Positions 39,223 to 49,800 of a stretch of DNA of 64,000 bases are shown piece by piece. Below the pieces are notes generated by a model. That model did not search any database, was not told the DNA's origin, and saw only the letters and a program-made list of their open reading frames with translations. The DNA lies in NCBI GenBank assembly GCA_041697335.1, contig JBGUGD010000012.1, positions 1 to 64,000 on the forward strand. The letters are read 5' to 3'. A program made the translations under genes and the position numbers. This stretch comes from Vampirovibrionaceae bacterium NZW_1234. GTDB lineage: Bacteria; Cyanobacteriota; Vampirovibrionia; Vampirovibrionales; JAGQHJ01. How positions within the stretch are numbered: position 1 is the first letter of the stretch; every line of letters starts with the position of its first letter.

Positions 39223-40054
39223 TTCACTTTCCCATTACCTTGAGTACCTGGAATTGGAGCGCGGCTATTCCAGCCACACGCTTCAGGCGTATGAGCGAGA
39301 CATTCTCGAGTACCTCGATTATTTAGACACGCAGCCTGATGATAAGGTTTTGCGACGTATTGTGAATGGCTATCTCCGCTATTTACGTGAGAAAGGCAAT
39401 GCGACGACGACCATTATTCGGAAAATCAGCAGCCTTAAAGGGTTTTATGGTTGGCAAGTCATGCAGCGAACGATAATGGAGAACCCTTTTGAGTTTTTGG
39501 ATTTGCCCAAGAAGATGCGGGTGTTGCCCAAGGTCTTGACGGTTCAGGATGTTCAGAAGTTGTTGGCCTCGCCGGACCTGGATATGAGTCAGAAAACCGC
39601 TCTTGAGCTGTTGTATGCCTGCGGACTTCGTGTGTCCGAGTTGGTTGGACTTACAATGAATGATATCTCTTTGGAGGGTGGTTACGTGCGTTGTGTGGGC
39701 AAGGGAGGCAAAGAGCGTCTTATCCCCATTGGCGAGGTGACTCTGGAGGTCCTGCGGCACTACATCGATCAGTTGTCTTTACCGATTGAGGGTGCTTTTT
39801 TAAGGCGGGCTGACGGTAAGCCCTATACACGGATGGATATGTGGCGCTTAATGAAGGCTCTGGGAGGGCAGTTGGGCAAGGCCATTTCGCCCCACACCCT
39901 TCGACACAGTTTTGCCACCCATCTTTTGGAGAATGGGGCGGACTTACGGGTCGTACAAGAACTCTTAGGCCATAGCGACATTTCGACGACCCAGATCTAT
40001 ACCCAGGTCAGTAAGCGCCATATGCGGAGCGCTTACCACAAGGCATTTTCTTAA
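39203..40054 (+). CDS. xerD: Tyrosine recombinase XerD/XerC
   Basis: LYACGLRVSEL, GKGGKERL.P, SPHTLRHSFATHLL, LGHSDISTTQIYT; housekeeping context. Confidence 0.85.
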   Translation: MPHDLTSSLSHYLEYLELERGYSSHTLQAYERDILEYLDYLDTQPDDKVLRRIVNGYLRYLREKGNATTTIIRKISSLKGFYGWQVMQRTIMENPFEFLDLPKKMRVLPKVLTVQDVQKLLASPDLDMSQKTALELLYACGLRVSELVGLTMNDISLEGGYVRCVGKGGKERLIPIGEVTLEVLRHYIDQLSLPIEGAFLRRADGKPYTRMDMWRLMKALGGQLGKAISPHTLRHSFATHLLENGADLRVVQELLGHSDISTTQIYTQVSKRHMRSAYHKAFS

Positions 40055-40066
40055 CGATAAATCGAC

Positions 40067-40903
40067 TTAGTGCGCGACGTTGGCTGGGGTTGTAGCAGGG
40101 TGGTTTAGCTGCCACAGGTGATAAAGTCCCTTCAGTGTCAGATCCGGATCGACCTCAACGTTTCGGATCTCCATGGTCAGCATATCCCTGACAGGTTGTG
40201 CGTAGCCTCCTGTGAAGATAAAGCGGACTTCCGACAAAGGCCATTGGGCTTCTTGAAGAAGATTGCCGAAGATTTCCAACATCAAGCCCTTATAGCCATA
40301 ATAAAGCCCATTTTCCAGGTTGGTTTGAGTCGTTAGGCCCGGTGTTTGCGTGGGCGGCTGGAAAACGTCCACTTCAAACAATTGAGCGGTATGTGCTGAA
40401 TTGACCAAGCTTTGGAATTTTTTGGGGCCGGGACTGATAGCACCACCGATGAAACGCCCGTCCGGATCTATCATGTCAAATGTGGTGGAAGTCCCAATGT
40501 CACAGATCAAGGTCTTATGGTAGGGGAATTGCTCGTGACCGGCAATGATATTGGCAACGCGATCACTGCCCAGCTGTTCAGGGGCGTATTGGGTGATATC
40601 TATGGCACCTAAATTGAGCTTTCCCCAAGCATGACGTTCCAACCAGAGTACCCGCTCAGGGCCAAAAATGGAGGTCAGAGCCGGATAGAAAAGCCCCTTT
40701 ACCTGGGGTACCACTGTCGAAATAATAACCCCTTCCCATTGAGCATCTTTCAGGGCATCCAGAGAGTCCATAAACTCTTCTTGATAGTGATCGATATTGT
40801 CTTTTTCGGTGGGGAACGCTTCAGTTGCCTGTAAGGTGTCTTCGACAAAGCAACCCACTTTGGTGTAGCTATTGCCAATATCGATGGCCAGGGTTTTTTG
40901 CAT
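40067..40903 (-). CDS. coaX: Type III pantothenate kinase
   Basis: LAIDIGNS, LGSDR, DIGTSTTFD, GGAISPG, TGG, DLTLKGL. Confidence 0.93.
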   Translation of the reverse strand: MQKTLAIDIGNSYTKVGCFVEDTLQATEAFPTEKDNIDHYQEEFMDSLDALKDAQWEGVIISTVVPQVKGLFYPALTSIFGPERVLWLERHAWGKLNLGAIDITQYAPEQLGSDRVANIIAGHEQFPYHKTLICDIGTSTTFDMIDPDGRFIGGAISPGPKKFQSLVNSAHTAQLFEVDVFQPPTQTPGLTTQTNLENGLYYGYKGLMLEIFGNLLQEAQWPLSEVRFIFTGGYAQPVRDMLTMEIRNVEVDPDLTLKGLYHLWQLNHPATTPANVAH

Positions 40904-41151
40904 GGCGTCTCCCGTCACAGTCCTTAACCCATCCAGTGTAGCACGGTTTAGGGCGGGGCGCATGGAGGATGTACGGGAAGCAAGTTGTACGTTCGAAGCA
41001 ATCTTATGGTCCGGCTATCATGCTTGGCGGGAGTCCTTATAAAGATTCCCCACTACTGGAGCCCGAGGGGGGAATATGGGGTGGTGTCTTTGGTGTCTTT
41101 CGTGTACAGTGTCAGCATCATCAATTTTTGGTTTTCAGAGGAGGGCAGTCT

Positions 41152-41964
41152 ATGGCAACCGCTTCGACAATCGATATTCCGAAAGAATTACAATCGTATC
41201 AATTTATAATTGCCTCTGTAGAAGGGGCTGTGGGCATTATCCAGTTAAATCGCCCCGATAAACTGAACGCCATTAGTATTCCCCTGATGACCGAGTTGGT
41301 CGAGTGTTTAACTTGGATGGACACTCATGATGACATCCGGTGCATAATTGTTACGGGCAATGAGCGGGCTTTTGCCGCAGGGGCCGACATTGAGCAGATG
41401 GCTGCCTCCGGGCCTATTGATATGTTGCTTTTGGATCAATTTGCCAAATGGGATCAGATCCGTAAGATGCATAAGCCCATCATTGCCGCTGTTAGTGGCT
41501 TTGCGCTGGGGGGTGGGTGTGAGCTTGCCATGACGTGCGATATGATTGTGGCCTCTGAAACCGCAAAGTTTGGTCAGCCTGAAATTAACCTGGGTGTTAT
41601 TCCTGGAGCGGGTGGCACGCAACGCTTGACTCGGGCGGTAGGCAAAGCTCGGGCCATGGAAATCATTTTAACCGGACGCATGTTCTCCGCTCAGGAAGCC
41701 TTGGAGTGGGGTCTGATTAATAAAGTGACTCCGGTGGAATTATACTTGCACGAAGCTAAGAAATTGGCCCATGACATTGCATCCAAACCTGCCGTGGCTG
41801 CCCGACTCGCAAAAGAGTCTGTTTTGAAAGCCTTTGATACCACCATTGAAGGGGGCTTGGACTTTGAACGCAAGGCCTTTTATCTCTTGTTTGCCTCAGC
41901 CGATAAGCAGGAAGGCATGCGGGCGTTTCTGGAAAAACGCAAAGCCGAGTTCCAAGGTCGGTAA
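41152..41964 (+). CDS. paaF: Enoyl-CoA hydratase (PaaF-like)
   Basis: AFAAGADI, ALGGGCELA, FGQPEI.LG..PGAGGTQRL. Confidence 0.8.
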   Translation: MATASTIDIPKELQSYQFIIASVEGAVGIIQLNRPDKLNAISIPLMTELVECLTWMDTHDDIRCIIVTGNERAFAAGADIEQMAASGPIDMLLLDQFAKWDQIRKMHKPIIAAVSGFALGGGCELAMTCDMIVASETAKFGQPEINLGVIPGAGGTQRLTRAVGKARAMEIILTGRMFSAQEALEWGLINKVTPVELYLHEAKKLAHDIASKPAVAARLAKESVLKAFDTTIEGGLDFERKAFYLLFASADKQEGMRAFLEKRKAEFQGR

Positions 41965-41999
41965 TCGGGTAATCGTCTGGATTGAGAGGAGCAAACCCT

Positions 42000-42806
42000 A
42001 TGGCACCCAAAGAATTTGAGAACTTGTTGTATGAAGTGCACGATTCCGGCACGCTCGTCATCACCTTGAATCGCCCCGATAAGCTGAATGCCTTTGATGA
42101 TGCCCTGAGCTTCGAGTTGGTGGATGCTTTGAAACAGGCTGAAAAAGATAAGCAGGTGCGCTGTATTCTGCTGACTGGTGCAGGGCGTGGATTTTGCGCG
42201 GGTCAGGACTTGCAGAGCCGAAGCATTGCTCAAAATGACGGGGAAAGCCCTCATTTGGGCGAATCTATCCGTAATCGCTATTTGCCGATTATTCATAAAC
42301 TACGGACTTTGGAAAAACCCATTGTTTGTGCCATCAATGGTGTCGCTGCCGGGGCTGGTGCCAGTGTGGCCTTTGCTTGTGACTACCGTTTAGCTTCAGA
42401 ACAAGCCAGTTTTATTCAAGCCTTCATTAAAGTAGGGTTGATTCCTGATTCCGGGGCCTGTTTCCTCTTGCCGCGTCTGATCGGATTGGGACGAGCTATG
42501 GACCTGATGATGACCGGACGAAAGGTTGAGGCTCAAGAAGCCCTGGAGATTGGTCTTGTCAGTGAGTTGTGCGCACCAGAACAGCTGATGGAACGAGCGA
42601 TGCAGGTTGCGACCCAGTTCTCCCATGGGCCTACCAAGGCCTTTGGGCTGTTGAAAAGGGCAACCAATCAGGCCATGAATGTGGATTTAGAAACGTACTT
42701 GCATTATGAAGCCGATTTGCAAGAGGTCGCCGGATGGACGCAAGATTATCAAGAAGGGGTCTCGGCCTTTATGGAGAAACGTCCCCCGGCTTTCTGTGGC
42801 CGGTAA
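42000..42806 (+). CDS. paaG: Crotonase-fold isomerase (PaaG-like)
   Basis: GAGRGFCAGQDL, NGVAAGAG, FIQAF.KVGLIPDSG. Confidence 0.85.
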   Translation: MAPKEFENLLYEVHDSGTLVITLNRPDKLNAFDDALSFELVDALKQAEKDKQVRCILLTGAGRGFCAGQDLQSRSIAQNDGESPHLGESIRNRYLPIIHKLRTLEKPIVCAINGVAAGAGASVAFACDYRLASEQASFIQAFIKVGLIPDSGACFLLPRLIGLGRAMDLMMTGRKVEAQEALEIGLVSELCAPEQLMERAMQVATQFSHGPTKAFGLLKRATNQAMNVDLETYLHYEADLQEVAGWTQDYQEGVSAFMEKRPPAFCGR

Positions 42807-42851
42807 CTTGATTCAGATATGATTTAATAACGCTTATGGAGGATATAGACG

Positions 42852-43658
42852 ATGTCGACCAGCGTGATTAGTGAAGAAGAATTTCTCCAACGCATTCAAA
42901 ACGGGGAAAAAATTGAATCCACAGACCCCATGCCAGATGAGTACAAGGAAAACCTGCTGAATCTTCTGGAAATGCAGGCAGATTCTGAATTATCTGGGGC
43001 ATATGGCTATATTCCCTGGATTGAAAAGGCCCCGAATGTTCATGAAAAGCTCCTGGTTGCCCAGATTGTTAAAGACGAAGTGCGCCACGCCTATGCTATA
43101 TACAAGCTCCTGGAAGAGTTGGGTGTTGATACTCAAAAGCGTATTGAAGCTCAGGATTTCGCCTATCGTCTCAGCCAGGATGACGTGAACCTGGGTGCGC
43201 AACGTGCTGCCCAAGACAAACGGGTGAATATTTTTTATTACCCCATCGAGTCTTGGACCGACTTTATCATGTTCAATTTCTGTATGGATCGAGGGGCAGG
43301 ACATCAACTTGAAGACGCTCTGGAATCCAGCTATGCGCCGTGGACTCGGGCCATTAATACCATTTTTAAAGAAGAAATGATGCATGTAAACCATGGCGAT
43401 ACTTGGGTGGAGCGTCTGGCCAGTGACCCTGAGACCAAGGATGAAGTCCAGGCTGCGCTGAACAAGTGGTTTGGTCGCACCATGAATATCTTTGGTCGTC
43501 CTGGTTCTCGTCGCAATAAGATCTATCAGAAATGGGGTCTGAAGAAGCGGGATAACGATCAGGTCCGTGAAGCTTTTCGCAAGGAGATTGAAGAAAAGGT
43601 TGCCCGCTTTGGTCTGACAATGCCGGAATGGGTCCCAGATTACGATGAAAACGTTTAA
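42852..43658 (+). CDS. paaA: PaaA-like di-iron aryl-CoA epoxidase subunit
   Basis: Ferritin-like QADSE, WI.KAP, KDEVRH, MDRG, SSYAPW, KEEMMH. Confidence 0.75.
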   Translation: MSTSVISEEEFLQRIQNGEKIESTDPMPDEYKENLLNLLEMQADSELSGAYGYIPWIEKAPNVHEKLLVAQIVKDEVRHAYAIYKLLEELGVDTQKRIEAQDFAYRLSQDDVNLGAQRAAQDKRVNIFYYPIESWTDFIMFNFCMDRGAGHQLEDALESSYAPWTRAINTIFKEEMMHVNHGDTWVERLASDPETKDEVQAALNKWFGRTMNIFGRPGSRRNKIYQKWGLKKRDNDQVREAFRKEIEEKVARFGLTMPEWVPDYDENV

Positions 43659-44505
43659 TGCCATTGGAGTTGTGGGTGCCGGAACCATGGGGGCCGGCAT
43701 TGCCCAACTGATTGCAGCGTCCGGCGTACGGACGATATTGTACGATGTTAGCGATGATGTTCTGGCTGTCGCACAGGAGCGGATGCGCCAATCTATTGAG
43801 AAAGGCGTTGAACGTAAAAAGCTTCCTGCAGATGCTTGGGCCACGCTTGAGGCCCAGTTGACCATGACCTCAAATTTTGATCAACTGGGGCAGGCCTCGG
43901 ACTTGATTATCGAAGCTATTCCTGAGGACATGGCCCTGAAGTGCCGGTTGTTTGAACGATTGGATGCATTGTGCCCTTTAGAGACGGTCTTTGCTTCAAA
44001 TACGTCCTCTCTTTCCGTCACTGCCATGGCCGCTGCCACTAAACGTCCAGAACGCGTTGCAGGGATGCATTTTTTTAACCCGGTTGCCCAGATGAAGCTG
44101 GTGGAAATCATTCAAGGTAAGTCGACCTCGCAAGAGGTGATGGTCCAGCTATCTGATTTTGCTGTGAAATTAGGAAAAGTACCGGTCCGAGCCAAAGATA
44201 CCCCTGGATTTATCGTCAATCGCGTTGCCCGATCATTTTACGGTGAGGCCTTTCGCCTACTGGATGAAGGGGTTGCCGATGTGGCGACGGTAGACACAAT
44301 AATGCGTTCCGAAGGCGGCTTTCCTATGGGGCCCTTTGAACTCATGGATCTCATTGGCATTGATGTGAACTATGCCGTTACACAATCGGTTTACAATGCC
44401 TATTTTCAGGAAGCTCGCTTTAAGCCTCACCCGCGTCAGCGCCAGATGGTCGAAGCCGGACACTTAGGGCGTAAAACTGGGAAGGGGTTCTACGACTATG
44501 ACTAA
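43645..44505 (+). CDS. paaH: 3-hydroxyacyl-CoA dehydrogenase (PaaH N-terminal unit)
   Basis: GVVGAGTMGAGIA, EAIPE, SNTSS, GMHFFNP, PGFIVNR, GRKTGKGFY. Confidence 0.88.
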   Translation: MKTFNAIGVVGAGTMGAGIAQLIAASGVRTILYDVSDDVLAVAQERMRQSIEKGVERKKLPADAWATLEAQLTMTSNFDQLGQASDLIIEAIPEDMALKCRLFERLDALCPLETVFASNTSSLSVTAMAAATKRPERVAGMHFFNPVAQMKLVEIIQGKSTSQEVMVQLSDFAVKLGKVPVRAKDTPGFIVNRVARSFYGEAFRLLDEGVADVATVDTIMRSEGGFPMGPFELMDLIGIDVNYAVTQSVYNAYFQEARFKPHPRQRQMVEAGHLGRKTGKGFYDYD

Positions 44506-45298
44506 TGGCACTGTAGTTTTTATTACTCGCGATGCTGCCCAAATCCAAGGATGGGCCGATTTGGCGGAACATGCAGGTTACCGGGTTCATGAGTTGTTAT
44601 CGGATGTTGTTACACCCGATGTTCTTGCTGTACTTTCGGGAGCTTCGGTTATTATTGAATGGCTTCCGGCTTATGGAAATAAAAAATCTCTGTTTTGGCA
44701 AGAAGCTGCCTCGTCTTTGCAGGCTGATGTGCTGGTTCTATCTGCTGCCCATGATCAGATGGTCACCACAACGGCCTCAGAATTTAATCAACCTGGCCAG
44801 GTGGTCGGCTTCTCTCCGATGGCAATGTATCGCTCTGAGGGTGCTGTGACGTTGGCTCGGCATCGGCATTTAGGAACCTGGGCCGAGCAGGCTGCTCAGA
44901 ACTTTTTCCTGGCCTTGAAATTGAATGTCTGTTGGATCCAGGACACCCCTGGCATGGTGTTGCCTAGAATTTATGCCATGCTAGCCAATGAAGCCGCCTT
45001 TGCCCTCCAGGAGCAGGTCGCATCAGCCCAGGACATAGATACAGCCATGCGACTTGGAACCAATTACCCACAAGGCCCCTTGACATGGGCCGATCATGTG
45101 GGGCTAGATACGGTGTTGGCCATCTTGGACCTGCTCTGGAAAACGTATCGTGAAGAACGTTACCGGCCGTGCCTGCTCATTCAGCAACTGGTTGAGGCCG
45201 GGCACCTCGGGGTGGTCACAGGGCAGGGATTCTATCATTATTCTCCAGATATCCCATCTCCCTCGTTAGAAGCACAGGCAGGAAAATCGCTGGTATGA
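44498..45298 (+). CDS. 3-hydroxyacyl-CoA dehydrogenase C-terminal-like unit
   Basis: No Rossmann motif; [36 protein letters not shown]. Confidence 0.8.
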   Translation: MTNGTVVFITRDAAQIQGWADLAEHAGYRVHELLSDVVTPDVLAVLSGASVIIEWLPAYGNKKSLFWQEAASSLQADVLVLSAAHDQMVTTTASEFNQPGQVVGFSPMAMYRSEGAVTLARHRHLGTWAEQAAQNFFLALKLNVCWIQDTPGMVLPRIYAMLANEAAFALQEQVASAQDIDTAMRLGTNYPQGPLTWADHVGLDTVLAILDLLWKTYREERYRPCLLIQQLVEAGHLGVVTGQGFYHYSPDIPSPSLEAQAGKSLV

Positions 45299-46518
45299 CA
45301 CCATTGGAATCGGTTGTAATTGTAGATGCCATTCGCACTCCTATTGGGCGTTATGGGGGATGTTTAAGCAATGTGAGAGCGGATGACCTGGCAGCCTTGG
45401 TCCTTCGGGAGCTGTTGGCCCGAAATCCTCAGGTGGCTCATGACAGTATCGAAGACGTACTTTTAGGTTGCGCCAATCAGGCGGGGGAAGATAACCGAAA
45501 TGTGGCTCGAATGGCGTCGTTGTTGGCAGATCTGCCTGTCGCGTTGGCTGGGGGAACTGTAAACCGGCTTTGTGGCTCCGGGTTGATGGCGGTTAATGAG
45601 GCTGCTCATGCATTGGCCTTGGGCCTTGGCGAAGTTTATCTGGCCGGTGGTGTCGAGAGCATGACCCGGGCTCCTTTTGTGATGGCAAAACCGGATTCTG
45701 CCTTCCCTCGAGGGGAACAAACGGTTTTTGATACGACACTAGGATGGCGATTTACGAATCCGGCACTGGCGGAGCGTTATTACCCCTACGCTATGGGCGA
45801 GACAGCTGAGAATGTGGCAGAGCAATATGAAATTTCCCGGGAAGATCAAGATCAATTTGCCTTGGACAGTCAGCAGAAGTACGCTGCTGCTTTAGAGGCA
45901 GGGAAACACGCCGATGAAATTGTTCCTGTGACGATTCCTAAGCGAAAAGGCGATCCGATGGTCATCGATCAAGATGAACATCCACGTCCCGAGACCACGC
46001 TGGAGTCTCTAGCCAAACTGAAACCCGCCTTTCGAGAGGGTGGATCCGTGACTGCAGGAAATAGCTCAGGACTCAATGATGGGGCTTCCGCCTTATTGCT
46101 TATGACAGAGGACAAAGCGCTTGCTCTGGGATTAACGCCTATGGCTCGAATTAAAGCAACGGCAGTTGCGGGTGTTCATCCTTCAGTGATGGGGGTTGGA
46201 CCTGTGCCAGCGACCAAGAAAGCTTTGAAGTATGCCGGGTTGTCTGTGCAAGATTTGGGGCTCATTGAGTTAAATGAAGCGTTTGCAGCCCAAAGCCTGG
46301 CCTGTATTCGTGATTTGGGCCTACCCATGGACAAAGTTAATGTGAATGGTGGTGCAATTGCGCTGGGACATCCGCTTGGGTGTAGTGGCGCCCGGATTTT
46401 AACAACCCTGTTATATGAAATGAAACGTAATTCCGATGTTCGCTTTGGCTTGGCCACCATGTGTATCGGCGTGGGCCAGGGTATTGCTACCATTGTTGAA
46501 CGGTATGAGCCGTCCTAA
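45295..46518 (+). CDS. paaJ: Beta-ketoadipyl-CoA thiolase (PaaJ/PcaF)
   Basis: [49 protein letters not shown]. Confidence 0.9.
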   Translation: MTPLESVVIVDAIRTPIGRYGGCLSNVRADDLAALVLRELLARNPQVAHDSIEDVLLGCANQAGEDNRNVARMASLLADLPVALAGGTVNRLCGSGLMAVNEAAHALALGLGEVYLAGGVESMTRAPFVMAKPDSAFPRGEQTVFDTTLGWRFTNPALAERYYPYAMGETAENVAEQYEISREDQDQFALDSQQKYAAALEAGKHADEIVPVTIPKRKGDPMVIDQDEHPRPETTLESLAKLKPAFREGGSVTAGNSSGLNDGASALLLMTEDKALALGLTPMARIKATAVAGVHPSVMGVGPVPATKKALKYAGLSVQDLGLIELNEAFAAQSLACIRDLGLPMDKVNVNGGAIALGHPLGCSGARILTTLLYEMKRNSDVRFGLATMCIGVGQGIATIVERYEPS

Positions 46519-46532
46519 GTGATGATATACGC

Positions 46533-47225
46533 ATGACTAAAAGAGAGAGTCCTGAGATGAATCAATCTGCTCCAAAGACCAGTGTTGGGTCTGAACCCTC
46601 ACTCTGGGCATTGTTACCCCTGCTCAAAGCCTTAGTTGTCCGTCCGAAATGGATTTTAACAGATTATTTTGAAGGCAGCGTGTCTAATAGGACCGTATTC
46701 ACCCGTGGTGGGCAATTCTGGCTGATTGCCGGTGTACTCTACGCGATGACCATGGGTGTGGCCGCCTATGTGCATTATGGACGAGTCGATACGAATGTCC
46801 TGGGAATTACGGGTTTGGCTTTGTTAATGGTGTTGGTGGCGACAGCCTGTTTGACTTTGCTATGGGCTGCTTTTCAAAAAACCTCTGCCTGGTTCTGGAA
46901 TGTGCCCTTATCCTTTGTTCAAGTTTTGGCGGTGGCTTCATTGGGTCTTGGCTACTATGTGTGGATGTTTCTATTCAGCTTGCCTGCCTTCTTTTTTGAT
47001 CTTAAGGATTCCATACTACTACAAGGCATTTTGTTCACCTTCAATGTGAGCGCGGCGATTCTCTCGATTCGGTTGTTTTGCATTACCTATGGCTTGCGCA
47101 AGCAGATGTCTTTAGCCAAGGCCATTTGGCTTGCTCTATTTCCTTTACTCTTGGCTCTTCTGGTCTGGGTGGCTTTGCGATTGCTTACGTATTTTGCTGT
47201 TTTACCTTACATTCGGTCCAGTTAA
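46533..47225 (+). CDS. Multi-pass membrane protein (Yip1-like)
   Basis: About five hydrophobic helices. Confidence 0.65.
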   Translation: MTKRESPEMNQSAPKTSVGSEPSLWALLPLLKALVVRPKWILTDYFEGSVSNRTVFTRGGQFWLIAGVLYAMTMGVAAYVHYGRVDTNVLGITGLALLMVLVATACLTLLWAAFQKTSAWFWNVPLSFVQVLAVASLGLGYYVWMFLFSLPAFFFDLKDSILLQGILFTFNVSAAILSIRLFCITYGLRKQMSLAKAIWLALFPLLLALLVWVALRLLTYFAVLPYIRSS

Positions 47226-47273
47226 GCCCTTTCATTACAAGCTCGTATGGTGTTATCAAAAGGAGAATCCATT

Positions 47274-48797
47274 ATGACCACCACTTTTCAATTGTTTATT
47301 AACGGTCAATTTGTTCCTGCCGAAGCCGGTGAGACTTTCGAGAGCCTCAACCCCTACAATGGCGAAGTGGTGGGTACTTTTGCGCGTGCGCGCACTGCCG
47401 ATGTGGATAAAGCCGTTCGAGCCGCACGAGAGGCCTTTGACAACGGTCCTTGGCCTCGAATGACCAAGGAAGAGCGAGCGAAGTTGATTTTGGCTTTGTC
47501 TGAGAAAATCAATGAAAACAGCAAGGCCTTATTGCCTATGGAAGTAGCGGATTCAGGCTCAACCTTCAAAAAAGTACAAGGGGATGTTTGGCTGGCAGCC
47601 AACCAAATGAAGTACTTTAGCCGCTTAGCCTCTGGAAACTGGGATGAGGCAGTTATCGAGCCTCTGTCAAAGCCCGGTGTGAGTAAAAACTATTTGATCC
47701 ATGAGCCCATTGGTGTCTGTGCCCAGATTATTCCCTGGAATTTTCCCTTGATGATGGCCGTTTGGAAATTGGGCCCTGCTTTGGCGGCTGGGTGTACCCT
47801 GGTGTTGAAGCCGGCTGAAGAAACCCCCCTGACCGCAATGATGCTGGCCCAGTTCGTCCAGGAAGTCGGCTTTCCTCCCGGTGTTGTTAACGTGGTGACT
47901 GGTTTTGGCGAAGAGGCTGGCGCCCCATTGGTGAAGCACCCGCTGGTAGATAAAGTGGCCTTTACCGGCTCCACGGAGATCGGGCGTGTGATTATGGCAG
48001 AAGCCGCTCCCAGTATGAAGCGGGTGACCTTGGAATGTGGTGGCAAGTCGGCCAATATTATTCTTGAAGACGCTGATCTGGAAATTGCAATTGATGGTTC
48101 TTTGTACGCAGCCTTCTTCCATGCCGGACAATGCTGTACTGCGGGAAGCCGTTTATTTATCCCCGAATCCAAGAAAGATACAATTCTGGAACAACTCTTG
48201 GCAAAGGCACAGCAAATTCAGCTGGGCGATCCGATGGATAAAAACACGGATCTTGGGCCTTTGGTTTCTAAAAAACAACAAGAGCGGGTTTTGGGCTATA
48301 TCGAAAAGGGCAAGGCCGGAGGGGCCAAGCTGGTTCTGGGTGGACAAGTGCCGACGGATCCGGCGTTGGCCAAAGGCTGCTTTGTGGAGCCGACCGTTTT
48401 TGTGGATGTAGAGAACAGTATGGCCATTGCTCAGGAAGAAATCTTTGGTCCGGTTTTGAGTGTGCTGACGTATAAAACCGAAGCGGACGCAATTCGGATG
48501 GCCAATGATTCGATGTATGGTTTGGCTGGCGCCGTTTGGAGCCGCGATACGGACCGGGCTATGGCCGTAGCCCGGCAGCTTCGGACCGGGACTGTTTGGA
48601 TTAACGAGTACCATCTCATCAGTGAAAAGGCCCCTTTTGGGGGGTACAAGCAGTCTGGCTTGGGCCGTGAGCTTGGGCCGGAAAGCATTAAGGCCTATAC
48701 TGAATCGAAACACATTCATGTGGATGAATTGGGTTCTCGCGAGAAAAAGTTCTGGTATGACGTGCTGGTGAAGCCGGGCAGTCTGGTGAAATCTTGA
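47274..48797 (+). CDS. NAD(P)-dependent aldehyde dehydrogenase
   Basis: IIPWNFP, KPAE, FTGSTE, LECGGKS, GQCC, EEIFGPV, PFGGYKQSG. Confidence 0.95.
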   Translation: MTTTFQLFINGQFVPAEAGETFESLNPYNGEVVGTFARARTADVDKAVRAAREAFDNGPWPRMTKEERAKLILALSEKINENSKALLPMEVADSGSTFKKVQGDVWLAANQMKYFSRLASGNWDEAVIEPLSKPGVSKNYLIHEPIGVCAQIIPWNFPLMMAVWKLGPALAAGCTLVLKPAEETPLTAMMLAQFVQEVGFPPGVVNVVTGFGEEAGAPLVKHPLVDKVAFTGSTEIGRVIMAEAAPSMKRVTLECGGKSANIILEDADLEIAIDGSLYAAFFHAGQCCTAGSRLFIPESKKDTILEQLLAKAQQIQLGDPMDKNTDLGPLVSKKQQERVLGYIEKGKAGGAKLVLGGQVPTDPALAKGCFVEPTVFVDVENSMAIAQEEIFGPVLSVLTYKTEADAIRMANDSMYGLAGAVWSRDTDRAMAVARQLRTGTVWINEYHLISEKAPFGGYKQSGLGRELGPESIKAYTESKHIHVDELGSREKKFWYDVLVKPGSLVKS

Positions 48798-48939
48798 CTG
48801 GCATTGTGGTATCAAGTCCAGTTTGTCCTGAGAAACCGTTAACTTAATCTCAATTACCGCCTGCATCCATTGAACGTGGGCGGTTTGAGTTGTGGGTCCA
48901 AGACACGTAAAATAACAGGATGTCAATTTCCAAGCCTGT

Positions 48940-49800
48940 GTGAAGGAGCTTGATACTGTGACCTTGAGACGTGCCGTATTTTCCTTGTTCAATGAGCCCG
49001 ATGTACGACGCTTTGGGCTGGTAACGGAGGATGAACAATTAGTTGAAGTGCCTGATTTCGAAGCATCAGTGCCGGTCTCGGATACTCGTTACACTCTTGA
49101 TTCTGTTTTCCTCCATCCTCCGATACCGGTTACACCATCCAAGATGATTGCCGTGGGGATGAATTATCCGGCTCATATTGATGAAATGAAGCACGTTAAC
49201 GTGCCGGCTGATCCTGTATTGTTTATGAAGTCGCCTTCCAGTCTCATTGGGCATGGCCAGTCGATTCAGGCAGCAGAGGCTTGGGGACGAGTGGATTATG
49301 AAGGGGAAATTGCCGTTGTAATTGGGGCTCGTTGCAAGAATGTTCCGGAGTCAGATGCCTTGGGTGTGATCTTAGGTTACACCCTTGCAAATGATGTGAC
49401 GGCTCGGACCTTACAGCGTCAGGACAATCAATGGGGCCGTGCCAAAAATTTTGATACTTTTTGCCCCTTGGGACCATTCTTGCGCCTCAGTGAGGGTGTT
49501 GATCCGCAGGTATTCAAGATAACTACGACCGTGGACGGCACTCAGGTCCAGGAAGGCTGGGTGTCGCAGATTCGTTTTTCTATTCCGTTCCTGATTGCCT
49601 ATATTTCCAGCATCATGACACTTGAGCGAGGCGACGTTATCCTGACAGGAACGCCTCATGGTGTTTCTGCGCTGCGGCATGGGCAAGTTGTTGCTGTGAT
49701 AGTGCCAGAGATTGGTACACTGAGAAATCGCTTTGAAGTGATACCAGACGCATCCTCTTTACACCGGGTTCGAGAGGAGGCCAGCCATGGGGTTTCCTAA
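48940..49800 (+). CDS. Fumarylacetoacetate hydrolase-family protein
   Basis: AVGMNY..H, DYEGE, ANDVTAR, KNFDTFCPLGP, GDVILTGTP. Confidence 0.92.
   Translation: MKELDTVTLRRAVFSLFNEPDVRRFGLVTEDEQLVEVPDFEASVPVSDTRYTLDSVFLHPPIPVTPSKMIAVGMNYPAHIDEMKHVNVPADPVLFMKSPSSLIGHGQSIQAAEAWGRVDYEGEIAVVIGARCKNVPESDALGVILGYTLANDVTARTLQRQDNQWGRAKNFDTFCPLGPFLRLSEGVDPQVFKITTTVDGTQVQEGWVSQIRFSIPFLIAYISSIMTLERGDVILTGTPHGVSALRHGQVVAVIVPEIGTLRNRFEVIPDASSLHRVREEASHGVS

Noticed and set aside
39203..40054. Tyrosine recombinase as an integrase of a mobile element
   Set aside because: Xer-like length and motifs, overlaps pilT, no att sites or composition shift.
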